From: a virus
Taxonomy: Duplodnaviria; Caudoviricetes
Virus record (IMG/VR): IMGVR_UViG_3300032212_000034
Coordinates: 1 to 43,623 of that record
Length of the DNA: 43,623 nucleotides
Reading direction: 5' to 3' (one strand)
Shown in pieces: positions 1-9,253 of this stretch (position 1 is the first letter of the stretch; every line of letters begins with the position of its first letter). Under the pieces are notes generated by a model, which made no database searches, was not told where the DNA came from, and was given only the letters and a program-made list of their open reading frames with translations. Both the position numbers and the translations under genes were made by a program.

Positions 1-581
1 TCATGCAGGAAATGCAACGAGCCAGGACGCTCGGGCAGGAGGCATTATGAGCAACGGTTTAGGCGGCGGCCTCTTTGAAACTGGAACTCCATACGAACCC
101 GTGACAATGAATAAATTCATGCCAGGAGGAGCGGTTTACGCAGCTCCCTCGGGAGGATTGAAGGTCAACGTCACAGGTCGAACGGTTGTGGTCAGTGGAG
201 GATTCCAGCTCTGGGACCCAGTCGCTGACCTGGTTCTTGTTGACAATGCCTTGCAATATGTTTGCTTGGAGGTAAACAATTACAACGACCCAGCCTTCAA
301 GCTGCCGACTGTTTTACCTTCGATTCCGACGAACCTGGACACGATCGTTTTGGCTCAAGTTCAAACAACTGGCGGAACAATTCAATTCATTAACCAGCTA
401 CAGGAAAGAGTGAGGAACCTCGCCTCGACTGGTGTAAATAGCTTGGCCGTGACCTCTCCAGTCCAGAACGACGGAACGGCAACAGATCCAATTATTTCAA
501 TGCCAGCAGCTACGAACATAAGCCCAGGACATGCAACTCCATTCCACATAACCAAGCTTCTAGGTATTGAGGATAACGCTG
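1..581. repeat. Terminal direct repeat / circular overlap, copy 1
   Basis: nt 1-581 match 43043-43623 except at 127 (A/C), 250 (C/A), 377 (A/G) and 454 (C/T). Confidence 0.97.
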
Positions 582-1189
582 ACGTGACCGACTCCGCCAA
601 TGTTTCGGCAGCTGGCGCTTTAATGAGTTCGCTTTTCCCTGGCGGATTGGCAGATCTCTTAATTGGAACTGCCACGCCAGGGGTTCCTACAATTCTTCCA
701 GGCGGAGCTGTTGGTTCATTCTTGCAAAGGATCGCTGGGGCCCCTGGACTTCAATGGACTCCACAGTCTAGCTTTGTCCCTCAAATCCTTATGGTTCCTT
801 GCGACGCGATGATAGGCGCTGGAGTCCTGCCATATAATTCTTACAGATTTCAAAAAGCATTTGAGATTAAAAGCGGCTCGATTGAAGTCGACGCCGTCAA
901 TCAAAACCTGATCAATATCCCGGTCCCTGGGAAATACTTTTTCATTTCAATGATCATGAAGCAGCGAGGGAATTTCGCTGGCTCAATGCAATGGAATATT
1001 CCAGCGAATCCCCAGGTCAACCGAGGTCGATCGAATTACAACACAGGCGGCGGCTTCAAGCTTGTCACAATGATAACTGTCGGCGGCTTTGACGGGACCG
1101 GCCAGCTCGCCCTCAGGGACGACACGAACGACGGTTATAACGGCGCAGTTCAAGACAACATGGTCGCAGTTATCAAGCTCGCGGATTGA
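47..1189 (+). CDS. Tail fibre / tail-associated protein
   Basis: Follows the tape measure gene across the circular junction (GGAGG SD, ATGA overlap). Contains KLLGIEDNADVTDSANVSAAGALM, a motif I recognise from phage fibre proteins. Confidence 0.65.
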   Translation: MSNGLGGGLFETGTPYEPVTMNKFMPGGAVYAAPSGGLKVNVTGRTVVVSGGFQLWDPVADLVLVDNALQYVCLEVNNYNDPAFKLPTVLPSIPTNLDTIVLAQVQTTGGTIQFINQLQERVRNLASTGVNSLAVTSPVQNDGTATDPIISMPAATNISPGHATPFHITKLLGIEDNADVTDSANVSAAGALMSSLFPGGLADLLIGTATPGVPTILPGGAVGSFLQRIAGAPGLQWTPQSSFVPQILMVPCDAMIGAGVLPYNSYRFQKAFEIKSGSIEVDAVNQNLINIPVPGKYFFISMIMKQRGNFAGSMQWNIPANPQVNRGRSNYNTGGGFKLVTMITVGGFDGTGQLALRDDTNDGYNGAVQDNMVAVIKLAD

Positions 1190-1199
1190 GAGGAATGAC

Positions 1200-1649
1200 A
1201 TGCCAGCAAGAGATTGGAAAGTAGCAGGTTCACCCCATGAGAAATATAATCACTCGTGGGGTGTTTCCGAGAAAGTCGTTGACATTGCAAACGGCTTGCT
1301 AGCTTGGTGCTATGAGCTTTACCAGGACGAAATAACTCACACTGTCAACGTCAATGGTGAGGATTTCGACTGGGTCGAAGAGCCAGCGAACGTCATTGAA
1401 TATCGTGATTTCGCTGACTTGCAAGCGGCGGCGAATTCCAAGCTCGTCAACGACAAAGCAATCGTCGCTGCAAAAGAAGCTGAATGGCTTTTAATTCAAG
1501 ACGAAACGGAAAGGTTTCAAACCTCGATCGCTTGGAAACTCGCCAATTCAGAGACGTTTGCAAACTCATTGAATACCAATGCTGTAATCACTGAGGATCA
1601 GTGGTCAACCGCTCGCAACCTTCCCCTGATTGGAGACCCGCCGCCATGA
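1200..1649 (+). CDS. Hypothetical tail-module protein (possible fibre chaperone)
   Basis: GAGG then ATG at 1200; located right after the fibre gene. Confidence 0.5.
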   Translation: MPARDWKVAGSPHEKYNHSWGVSEKVVDIANGLLAWCYELYQDEITHTVNVNGEDFDWVEEPANVIEYRDFADLQAAANSKLVNDKAIVAAKEAEWLLIQDETERFQTSIAWKLANSETFANSLNTNAVITEDQWSTARNLPLIGDPPP

Positions 1650-2131
1650 TCTCTTTCATACACCCGACGCGGACAGTCACCATTGACTCAGAGCCACGTT
1701 TGCAGAACACTCAGCGAACGAGTTTTCAGCAAACGGCTCTGATTAACGTTGCGGGCAGAACTAAAATCATTGACAACAAGATAAAGCGCCAGGTCCTCGA
1801 CCTGGTTTTGCAGCATATTCCAAACGCCTTTTATGACCAGGTCGAAGACTTTTACAGAAACGTAGTCTTTGAATCCAAGGAGGCTTTCGAGTTTGTTGGA
1901 CCGGCTTTGTCTTCCGAGGTTTTGAAAGCTGGATACACTGTCGACGGGAACCTGGTCGGTTGTGGTGACGTGATTCAAGGAACTGTAATTGAGTGCGGCA
2001 GACCATACAGATTCTGGGACGAAATAAGCTACGAAAACATGCGTTTTGTGGTCGGCAGTTATTCGAGCCAAGACACTCTAAACGATCACACCACAGTGAA
2101 GTTTTCACTCTTCAGGGATATTGACAGATAA
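1646..2131 (+). CDS. Putative distal-tail-like protein
   Basis: ATGA overlap with upstream ORF; size and position before the large tail-tip gene. Confidence 0.45.
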   Translation: MISFIHPTRTVTIDSEPRLQNTQRTSFQQTALINVAGRTKIIDNKIKRQVLDLVLQHIPNAFYDQVEDFYRNVVFESKEAFEFVGPALSSEVLKAGYTVDGNLVGCGDVIQGTVIECGRPYRFWDEISYENMRFVVGSYSSQDTLNDHTTVKFSLFRDIDR

Positions 2132-4833
2132 TGAATGGAATTGAACTACTCATTGAGATTGCAGGTTGGAGCGGTCCCTCTTTTTTGGCCGCCAATGAGC
2201 GATTGATTGGAATTACTTTTTACGAGGAATTACTGATCAAGCTCAACAACGCGATCGTGAGGAGTTCATTGACAATGAGAAGCTCCGCGAGCTTCACTGT
2301 ATTGAACGACAGAAACGCAGCAAGCGGTCAAACTTTCGGGGCCGCGATCCTGGCCGACCCAATTGAAAACAAGGTCGTGACGATCAAGACTTTTGACCAG
2401 GTTACTTCAGTAATTCAAACTATCTTTGTAGGTCGAGTCCGCCGCCGCGATATCAATGAACAGCAGGTTTTGATTGAGCTTGTCGACTTGCGAAAGTTTG
2501 CCTCAAGAAAGCTTGGAAAGAAAGTTTCAACGATTGATTTCCCACTGGCTCGAAAGTCTGACGCTGGGAAAGACGTCGCGGTCAATGTCGGAGACGTCGA
2601 GAACACGAGGCCTCAAGTCGTTGAGGATTTAATCCAGTCAAAGCTAGATATCGAAATTGATAGAGCGGCGGCTCAAGTGGTCCTGGAGAGCGTTGACGGC
2701 TTCACTGTCGGCTTTTGCTTTATCGGTCGCGAACGCGTCCAAGTAACCTCTGTTACCGCTCTCACAAAGACTCTCGATATCACGAGGACGAATCCTGTTG
2801 AACACGCCGAGGGCGAAATCGTTTTCATGGATCGGACCTTCACGATAGCGATAGATTCGTCAGGGGTAGTCGGCACTGGAATCAGCAACGTGAGGATCGA
2901 GCTGAACGACGAGCAAGAAATCCTCCTGCCTTCGCCGCCTCTTCAAGCGATTGTTTCGGGTTTATTTCTTGGTCAGTGGCTCACGCCTCCTATCGGCCGC
3001 GAGGTGAAGGGAGATCGTGACCTGGTCGCTGTGGAGTTTGACACTGCGGTAGGTTCGGCAGACAATCCTTTGAACGCTGCGGGCCGCTCGCCTTCTTACA
3101 CTGAGGCGAATTCAGCTGACTTTCTCGGAGCCCTTCAAAGAACCCTGACCCTTTCCACGTCTCTGGACCAAAAGGACAAGGGCAGGATTCACAAGGTTTT
3201 GATCCAGATTGACCACTCGGGAAACAAGAGCGGCTTCGACGTTGGAGGCTCGATCGTAAGGGCTGCCGTCCCTGGTCCTTTGCCGATCATTGGAGCTTTG
3301 GCACCGACAGACCAGATTGATCCTGACTTTCTAGAGATCGGTGAAAAGAAAGGCCGCCGAGCTGTCGACGTTCAAGCTCCCCCAGCTCCGACAACGGGGG
3401 AGACTTTGCTTTTTGGAAACGTCACAGCAAACAACTCGGGCCTGATTGGAAACGATTCCAGGATTGACCCTGCCGACGTTCCAGCGCTGAATGACGGAGA
3501 CCTAAATACCTCAGTCTTTTCAAGTATCAGTTTGTCTTTGCCGCCGGCTATTTCTTGCGGTCGACTCGATTACTTTGGGCCGATCATTCCTGCAAGCATT
3601 GACCCAGCCGCAACTCTTCAAGGCGTTCGATTCAAGTTCAAGCACGGCGGCGGAACAGAGCTGCCTGGTTCGATCGCAAGGATTCAGGTCATTGATAACT
3701 TGCTGGCCTTGATCGTTGGTCCTGGTATCTTCGCAAGCTCGGGAGCGATCGCCACAGAGGTCGCCACGATTGACGGAACGACGCCATGGCTTATCAACGG
3801 AGGAGCTGGGCGAACGGTCGCTGATCTACAAAACATTATTTGCCAGATCGAGGGTATCGAGGACGGCCCCTGGAATTTCTTCGAGGGCTGGCTCGAAATT
3901 GATTACACGCAAGCGAATCCAACAGAAACAGCTGGCTCGGTTATCAACCAGTTTGACGTGACCTCGCAGGTATTGGACTGGGACGACCTTCGAGGCTATA
4001 TCGTCCAGATAGACAAGCCAGCAGGAACGAACGAGTTTCTTGTTTATCACGCCTCGCTAGTTGTTGTTTACGACCCAGATCAAGACGTTTTGCCAGACAA
4101 GATCGTCGCGGATTATGGCAGCGGAATTCAAGGAACCCCTGCAGGAATTATCAACACTCTTTGGACGGCCCCAACGCTCGGCAATAATCCAGCAAGCACG
4201 ATCGACGCCGCCGCCCTTGCAAACGCAATCGCGAGGCAGACCGCGCTAGGTTTCATTCCTTCCCAGATATCGGGATCATTCAGGAACTTGGAGCTATTCG
4301 ATATCGTCGAGGCTATCTCGCGACAGTCCAGGCTCAGAGCAGTTTACGACGCTGGCGTCTTGTTCCTGGTTTTCCTCGAGGTAGAGTCAAACAATCCTGC
4401 AAGCGGTGTGATTGTTACCAGGGAGGACATTTATTCGCCCTTGCCAACTCTGAGAGGAGTCGACGCAGAGAGCTCTATCGTGAACGCCTACGACGTGAGA
4501 TTTAAGGCAACGGACAAAGACGGTTTCGAGGATTCTTTCGAGCTTTCTGTTCCGCCAGTTTCGAGCGAGAGAAGGCAAAACCTGGACCTCCCAATCCTGA
4601 AAGACGGAAACCTGGCGAAAGAGGTTGGTGATTTCCTACTGGAAAGAACAGGCTCCAGATACGAGAATATCAGCTTCGAGGTTTTAAGAACCTTTTCGGC
4701 TCTAAGCTTGTTGCAGATTGTGTCATTGGACTTCGGCTTTGTAACGCTGTCCAAGTTCGAGATACAAGTTTTGATCTTGAATCACAACGACAACAACAAG
4801 GAAACAATCACTGTCAAAGGCAGGACGATATGA
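2131..4833 (+). CDS. Tail tip / baseplate hub (Tal-like) protein, 900 aa
   Basis: Large beta-rich ORF closing the tail module; hub-like N-terminus (IFVGRVRRRDINEQQVLIELVD) and C-terminus (IVEAISRQSRLRAVYDAG, NAYDVRF). Confidence 0.65.
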   Translation: MNGIELLIEIAGWSGPSFLAANERLIGITFYEELLIKLNNAIVRSSLTMRSSASFTVLNDRNAASGQTFGAAILADPIENKVVTIKTFDQVTSVIQTIFVGRVRRRDINEQQVLIELVDLRKFASRKLGKKVSTIDFPLARKSDAGKDVAVNVGDVENTRPQVVEDLIQSKLDIEIDRAAAQVVLESVDGFTVGFCFIGRERVQVTSVTALTKTLDITRTNPVEHAEGEIVFMDRTFTIAIDSSGVVGTGISNVRIELNDEQEILLPSPPLQAIVSGLFLGQWLTPPIGREVKGDRDLVAVEFDTAVGSADNPLNAAGRSPSYTEANSADFLGALQRTLTLSTSLDQKDKGRIHKVLIQIDHSGNKSGFDVGGSIVRAAVPGPLPIIGALAPTDQIDPDFLEIGEKKGRRAVDVQAPPAPTTGETLLFGNVTANNSGLIGNDSRIDPADVPALNDGDLNTSVFSSISLSLPPAISCGRLDYFGPIIPASIDPAATLQGVRFKFKHGGGTELPGSIARIQVIDNLLALIVGPGIFASSGAIATEVATIDGTTPWLINGGAGRTVADLQNIICQIEGIEDGPWNFFEGWLEIDYTQANPTETAGSVINQFDVTSQVLDWDDLRGYIVQIDKPAGTNEFLVYHASLVVVYDPDQDVLPDKIVADYGSGIQGTPAGIINTLWTAPTLGNNPASTIDAAALANAIARQTALGFIPSQISGSFRNLELFDIVEAISRQSRLRAVYDAGVLFLVFLEVESNNPASGVIVTREDIYSPLPTLRGVDAESSIVNAYDVRFKATDKDGFEDSFELSVPPVSSERRQNLDLPILKDGNLAKEVGDFLLERTGSRYENISFEVLRTFSALSLLQIVSLDFGFVTLSKFEIQVLILNHNDNNKETITVKGRTI

Positions 4834-5162
4834 CCCAGAACTCACCAAAGAAAGAAAGCGCTTTGTCCCTCGTTTGGGAGGCCGCCAAGTCGCCACTGAA
4901 GACCTTCATTGAGTCCAAGAAATTCAAGGCTTTGATAGTCGGCATTTTGTCGATTGTCGCCACCTGGATCGCGGGCCTGGTCGCCACGAAATTCGGCGTT
5001 GAGCTGAAGCCTGAAGACTTGACCCAGGGCGTTGAAACTGTCGCCCAATACATAACCACTTTGACAGCCGCCTATCTTGGCTCTCAGGCAGTTTCCGACG
5101 CCACCAAGGAAAAGGCAAAGGCGGCGGCAGAGAAACCAAATACAGAGGCTCCCTCGGTATGA
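4830..5162 (+). CDS. Putative holin
   Basis: 110 aa, two hydrophobic segments, SKKF...AYLGSQAVSD pattern, charged C-terminus, upstream of spanins. Confidence 0.65.
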   Translation: MTQNSPKKESALSLVWEAAKSPLKTFIESKKFKALIVGILSIVATWIAGLVATKFGVELKPEDLTQGVETVAQYITTLTAAYLGSQAVSDATKEKAKAAAEKPNTEAPSV

Positions 5163-5512
5163 GTGCCACGACTCTCGCTGTCATTTCTTTGGGTTCGTCG
5201 GCCTTGATAATTTCAGTCTTTGCCGCCGCTCTCTTTTACGCCTGGAACAAAGGTATTGAACATGGTGAAACGAAAGCCAACCTGGACCACGAGAGAGCCG
5301 ACAGAATCGCTTTGCAAGATCAAGTCGACCGATCGCGGGAGGCTTTGGCAAAGTTTGCTGACAGCTCTCTTGGCGATCGCTCTGACGATACCGTTCTCGG
5401 CGTGTTCGATCTGCAGGAAGACAAAGCCAAAACCCCAGCCGAAACCGACGACTCGGGGCCTGATACTTCCACCGAAACCACAGCGGCAGAATTTGTCGAA
5501 GATCAAGCTTAA
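5159..5512 (+). CDS. Putative inner-membrane spanin (Rz-like)
   Basis: N-terminal TM helix followed by coiled-coil; overlapped in +1 frame by a lipoprotein ORF. Confidence 0.6.
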   Translation: MSATTLAVISLGSSALIISVFAAALFYAWNKGIEHGETKANLDHERADRIALQDQVDRSREALAKFADSSLGDRSDDTVLGVFDLQEDKAKTPAETDDSGPDTSTETTAAEFVEDQA

Positions 5513-5627
5513 AAAAAAGGGCGAAATCGTGACTCTCTCGGTCAGCGATTTCGCCTCTTTGACTCGCGAAATTCAGCGGTCAAGGTTGTGGATTGACGTG
5601 ACTAGCGATCTTGTCGACGGACGATAG
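5262..5627 (+). CDS. Putative outer-membrane lipoprotein spanin (Rz1-like); start uncertain (ATG 5262 or TTG 5312/5355)
   Basis: Hydrophobic LLTALLAIALTIPFSA-C lipobox followed by Pro-rich segment; overlaps the Rz-like gene. Confidence 0.6.
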   Translation: MVKRKPTWTTREPTESLCKIKSTDRGRLWQSLLTALLAIALTIPFSACSICRKTKPKPQPKPTTRGLILPPKPQRQNLSKIKLKKKGEIVTLSVSDFASLTREIQRSRLWIDVTSDLVDGR

Positions 5628-5919
5628 GACTGTATCTCGATCCCCTGGCTTTGTGCTGTCGTGTTTCCCGCTTGATATCTGTTTGCCGCTGCGTCATTCT
5701 TTGCCGCCCTGCGCCTCCCATTCCAGACCTTTCAAGCTTGCGAGAAAACTCGATCAAATACTTGTAATCGTCCAGCTCCCGAGTCATGGCTTTGAACTGG
5801 AATTCAGTCAATCCTGGAATGATTTCCTTTGCCGCTTCAAAGGCAACCATTCGAGCCTCTGAAGCCTTCCTCATGATCGTGAGCTGGACTTGTTCTTTTT
5901 TGGTGAGTTCAGTTTTCAT
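5602..5919 (-). CDS. Hypothetical protein
   Basis: Last ORF of a chain of leftward genes with ATGA overlaps. Confidence 0.55.
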   Translation of the reverse strand: MKTELTKKEQVQLTIMRKASEARMVAFEAAKEIIPGLTEFQFKAMTRELDDYKYLIEFSRKLERSGMGGAGRQRMTQRQTDIKRETRQHKARGSRYSPIVRRQDR

Positions 5920-6224
5920 TTCTTCAATTTCCTTCCAGTCTTTTCAACGATATCAGCGATCTGATCGAAAGCCAGTGAAGCCGAACAAGCCTCGTTCAAA
6001 ACGTCGAGTATCTGCTCGATCGCCTTGCTGTCATTCAACTGACCAACCGGCCTTGGCTTGACCGCCAAAGAAACAACTCTGGTCCAGAGGCAATCGTCCA
6101 AATGCTTGACTCCCATAGCTGAGTCTTGGACGCGGCAATAAATGCAAACGGTATGGTAATCGTCTGGCGTGAACAGAGGAGAGGCCGCCGCGACCTCCTC
6201 CAAAGCTTTGATCTCTTCGTTCAT
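5916..6224 (-). CDS. Hypothetical protein with CxxC...HxxxC motif
   Basis: CIYC...HLDDC; GAAAGG SD; translational coupling. Confidence 0.6.
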   Translation of the reverse strand: MNEEIKALEEVAAASPLFTPDDYHTVCIYCRVQDSAMGVKHLDDCLWTRVVSLAVKPRPVGQLNDSKAIEQILDVLNEACSASLAFDQIADIVEKTGRKLKK

Positions 6225-6484
6225 TGTGAAGCCTTTCTTGTTTCGGCTTTCGCCTTTTGCAGCTCGTCAGCTACGACCTTGTCAACACACTCTCGAAAGC
6301 CATGAGAGCGGTGGACCTGAGCATAAATAATTTCCACTTCTCTCTTGAATTTAAGACAACAGCGAACATGGAATCGAATAGCTCGATCCTCGCAATCGCT
6401 GACCCGTTTATTCCAGGGGAACCAATCCATTTCAAAAAGCCTTTCTAGTTTCGCGACGGAGCCGCCGCTTTTTGTTGTGTTCAC
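6221..6484 (-). CDS. Hypothetical protein
   Basis: Coupled ORF in the leftward operon. Confidence 0.5.
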   Translation of the reverse strand: MNTTKSGGSVAKLERLFEMDWFPWNKRVSDCEDRAIRFHVRCCLKFKREVEIIYAQVHRSHGFRECVDKVVADELQKAKAETRKASQ

Positions 6485-6830
6485 GACGACAACGCGGACA
6501 AAGACGAGAGTGATTCTTGCGGCTTTTTAGAGCCCGCTCGCGATCGTGTCCGCCGTCCCAAAGACGAACCAAGGAAAAGCTCAATCCGTGGTCTTGAATG
6601 ACCTCGACAAGCCTTGCCCCGTCTCCGTGGAAATGGGTGTTCAATCGTTGAATCAGGTTGGTTGTTGTTCCGAGATAATGACCAGGGCGGCGGCCAAATG
6701 GATACCGCGATGGGTTTCCCAGGTCGTCCTCGAAGCAGAGCAAATAACAGACTGCTTCGTGGTCAGTGGGATAGAGCTTTTCGAGCAGCTCCAAGCAATT
6801 GGAGGGAACTATCAGAATACCGCTTGCCAT
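6432..6830 (-). CDS. GIY-YIG family endonuclease
   Basis: CYLLCF...HYLGTTTNLIQRLNTH.HG.GARL...ERALK...CPRC pattern. Confidence 0.8.
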   Translation of the reverse strand: MASGILIVPSNCLELLEKLYPTDHEAVCYLLCFEDDLGNPSRYPFGRRPGHYLGTTTNLIQRLNTHFHGDGARLVEVIQDHGLSFSLVRLWDGGHDRERALKSRKNHSRLCPRCRREHNKKRRLRRETRKAF

Positions 6831-6864
6831 GTCGTGAACCTTTCAAAGAAGTGAGTCTTCCCCC

Positions 6865-6893
6865 CTTATCGGTTCGTAGGTGGCGGCGGTCAA
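6865..6893 (-). promoter_or_regulatory. Possible sigma70-type promoter (TTGACC-N17-GATAAG)
   Basis: Same -35 hexamer as the 9865-9892 promoter; A/T tract upstream; weak -10. Confidence 0.35.
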
Positions 6894-6909
6894 TAGTTTT
6901 TTAGGAACT

Positions 6910-7434
6910 TTACTTTATGGCGCTGAGTATTCCAAAGATCAGGCCGCTTAAAAGCCCGAGAATAGTAAGAACTGCGCCGATCCAGAAAGCGACTTTTTGC
7001 CAGGACGCGTCCGCCCCTTTTTCGGCTCCCGTATGCTTGGCGTCATGGATCTTGAGGTTTTGGATTTCGTTGTCAGCTTTGGCGACCTTTTCGGTGAGGT
7101 TGTTGACCTGGCCGCCCAGCTCGTCTTTCACTCTGCTCAGGTCATGCTTTGCCGAGTTTCGGTTCTGGTCAACCTTCGCGTCCAGGCCTCGAAGATCCTT
7201 CGCTATCCCGTAAATTTGAGTTGACAACGGCTGGGCTCCCTGGGCCGGGACTCCGACCTTTTCGTTGAGCCGCCGCGTTTCCTTCGCGATCGTGTTGACT
7301 GCCTCGCTAGTGGTTTCACAGACGATTACAAGCTTGTTTAAGCTTTGGTGGATCGTATCCATATGCTCGACCTTCTTTTCCAGAGCTGAGACTCTCATCC
7401 GAAGTTCAATGATCTCGCTGTTGTCTCCACTCAT
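6910..7434 (-). CDS. Coiled-coil protein with C-terminal transmembrane anchor
   Basis: Heptad-rich N-terminal ~140 aa; C-terminal VAFWIGAVLTILGLLSGLIFGILSAIK; GGAG SD before ATG 7434. Confidence 0.7.
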   Translation of the reverse strand: MSGDNSEIIELRMRVSALEKKVEHMDTIHQSLNKLVIVCETTSEAVNTIAKETRRLNEKVGVPAQGAQPLSTQIYGIAKDLRGLDAKVDQNRNSAKHDLSRVKDELGGQVNNLTEKVAKADNEIQNLKIHDAKHTGAEKGADASWQKVAFWIGAVLTILGLLSGLIFGILSAIK

Positions 7435-7480
7435 ATCCAGGCTCCACGCTCTCCAGAAATCGCGCAAGGTTTAAGCGCGG

Positions 7481-7518
7481 AAAAAATGAAATGACCCGCG
7501 AAAGGTCTCGCGGGTCAT
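7481..7518 (-). terminator. Intrinsic terminator
   Basis: 11-bp perfect inverted repeat ATGACCCGCGA/TCGCGGGTCAT followed by TTCATTTTTT on the minus strand. Confidence 0.7.
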
Positions 7519-7569
7519 GATAGCCGAATGAATGTTTTTGAAGCTTATCTTATACGCATAAAATCTAAC

Positions 7570-7761
7570 CTACTCGCGGCAATGGTAGCATTCACCTGAA
7601 CGGCGATCGACTTGCTCCGATGGCTTCACCTGGCGGCAAACAAGGCAAACGCTGAACGGGCGCTGTTCCTCTTCCGAGCGAATCTCTGCGACCAGGCAAG
7701 GAGCGCAAAACTCCTCACCTGGGAAAGATTTCATGTCACAACCTACGCAGATTTCCGTCAT
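7570..7761 (-). CDS. Small Cys-rich zinc-finger protein
   Basis: Four CxxC motifs in 63 aa. Confidence 0.6.
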   Translation of the reverse strand: MTEICVGCDMKSFPGEEFCAPCLVAEIRSEEEQRPFSVCLVCRQVKPSEQVDRRSGECYHCRE

Positions 7762-7762
7762 T

Positions 7763-8113
7763 TTATCGGCACCAATAGCAAGGGGCGTGAACCTCGTCGA
7801 TAATGGGCATGGTCTCTTTTTGCCACTCGAACGACTCGCCGCCTTTGATCTTTCCGACCAAGCGGTGTAGCTGATTGAGCCACTCTTTCTTTTTCATCCA
7901 AGAGACGGTGAAGCTCTCGACCTGGATCTTTTTGGAAGCGACGAACGCCGCCCATTCTTGGGCTCCGTCTGGGCCGGTCGCGTCACAGGCCAGGATCAAG
8001 TCACCGAGCTGGAAGGCTGTGCAAGGGCAATTTATATACTCCCAGGTCGCGTCGCAAAGCTCTTCGATTGATTCGATTTGAGATAGCCGAAAGTGGCGGG
8101 AATTATGGAACAC
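7763..8113 (-). CDS. Hypothetical protein
   Basis: Protein-like ORF in the leftward operon with Cys motifs (CPCTAF, CYWC). Confidence 0.6.
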   Translation of the reverse strand: MFHNSRHFRLSQIESIEELCDATWEYINCPCTAFQLGDLILACDATGPDGAQEWAAFVASKKIQVESFTVSWMKKKEWLNQLHRLVGKIKGGESFEWQKETMPIIDEVHAPCYWCR

Positions 8114-8144
8114 AGGAACCCCTTTCTAGGGTGGTCAGAGTGAG

Positions 8145-8627
8145 TCAGATTGTTTCCTTGAAGCTGTCAAAGTTATCCATGCCCAAGCGTTCAAGGTCGC
8201 TTGCTAGGACGTAAACGGCGGACCAAGAACGGTTCTCGATCAAGCGAACGAAAACCGTTCCCTCAGGTGTTTCTTGGCTTTCTGTTGTGACGATTCTCAC
8301 GCCCTTGTGAATGTAATACTCGCCCACAACGATAGGGCGCTTTTTGACCGTGATCTTCGGCTCGGGTGAGTGGCTGAACTTGTTGGTTTTGGATTGCCAA
8401 TACATAGGAATCACGATTGACTCCCAGCGAAACACGAAGAATTCTTCCTCAAGCTCAGAGTTGCGTTGAAGGTAAGCGGTTTTTTGACCGTTGCCAGAGA
8501 TTCCACCAAGGCGCATAGCGACGAAATCCTCGGTGGTTTTTGTTTTCACGAACGACTTTACAGTGACTTGTCTCAGGCAGTAATCGGCGGCGGCCTGTGC
8601 CATTTCTAGAGTAATCGGTTCTTTCAT
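8145..8627 (-). CDS. Hypothetical protein
   Basis: GAAAGG SD before ATG 8627. Confidence 0.6.
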   Translation of the reverse strand: MKEPITLEMAQAAADYCLRQVTVKSFVKTKTTEDFVAMRLGGISGNGQKTAYLQRNSELEEEFFVFRWESIVIPMYWQSKTNKFSHSPEPKITVKKRPIVVGEYYIHKGVRIVTTESQETPEGTVFVRLIENRSWSAVYVLASDLERLGMDNFDSFKETI

Positions 8628-8651
8628 CTTGAAAGCCTTTCTGGGCCGTTT

Positions 8652-9200
8652 TCAGGCCCGAGGTTTGATAGTGATTGTGAAAGTCTTTGACTCTTCGGCG
8701 GCGGCTTGAACGTCGCCCAGGTCAAGGGAAAGCTTTGGAGTAAACTTGTTTTCGCGGCGGTCCATACCCTTGCAGGTTTCACCCCAGGAATATGCCGTTT
8801 CCATGCCACCGAGGACGGCGGCGGCTTGTGCTGTGAATGCTTGACAATCCTCGCGCCACTCTCTTGAACCAACCAACTGTTGAGCGGCGAGGAAATCGTA
8901 TGCTGCGCCGATTCCGAGCGGTGAAAGCCAAACTGTCCCGGTTCCAAGGGCAAGCCCGAGAGACTCGCTGAGGTCGACGTGAAGCGCCTCGTTCGCCTTG
9001 GTCCGATACTTTTGTTGCTCGCCGTCGACTACGGCCAGCTCGGTCTTAGAGGCATGGATAACAAGGGCGTTCAAAACGGCGGGAAGGATAGAGAATTGAA
9101 CCTTCCCGCTCGATCTGGTCAACTCGTTGAGGTATGGAGCGGCGGCGGAAAAGTCACCCGCGAAAAGGCGGCGTTTGAGTTGGGAAAGTCTTGTATCCAT
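8652..9200 (-). CDS. Hypothetical protein (start MDTRLSQ)
   Basis: AAAAGGA SD before ATG 9200; the upstream extension in the track overlaps the next gene. Confidence 0.55.
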   Translation of the reverse strand: MDTRLSQLKRRLFAGDFSAAAPYLNELTRSSGKVQFSILPAVLNALVIHASKTELAVVDGEQQKYRTKANEALHVDLSESLGLALGTGTVWLSPLGIGAAYDFLAAQQLVGSREWREDCQAFTAQAAAVLGGMETAYSWGETCKGMDRRENKFTPKLSLDLGDVQAAAEESKTFTITIKPRA

Positions 9201-9253
9201 GGTGTGAATCCTTTTTGGTGAGTCGGTGAAATAAAAGGGTTTGAACGTTCGCC

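Noticed and set aside
1-581. Diversity-generating retroelement TR/VR pair suggested by mismatched repeats in a fibre gene
   Set aside because: No reverse transcriptase; repeats are at the contig ends; mismatches are not confined to adenines of one copy and are mostly synonymous.
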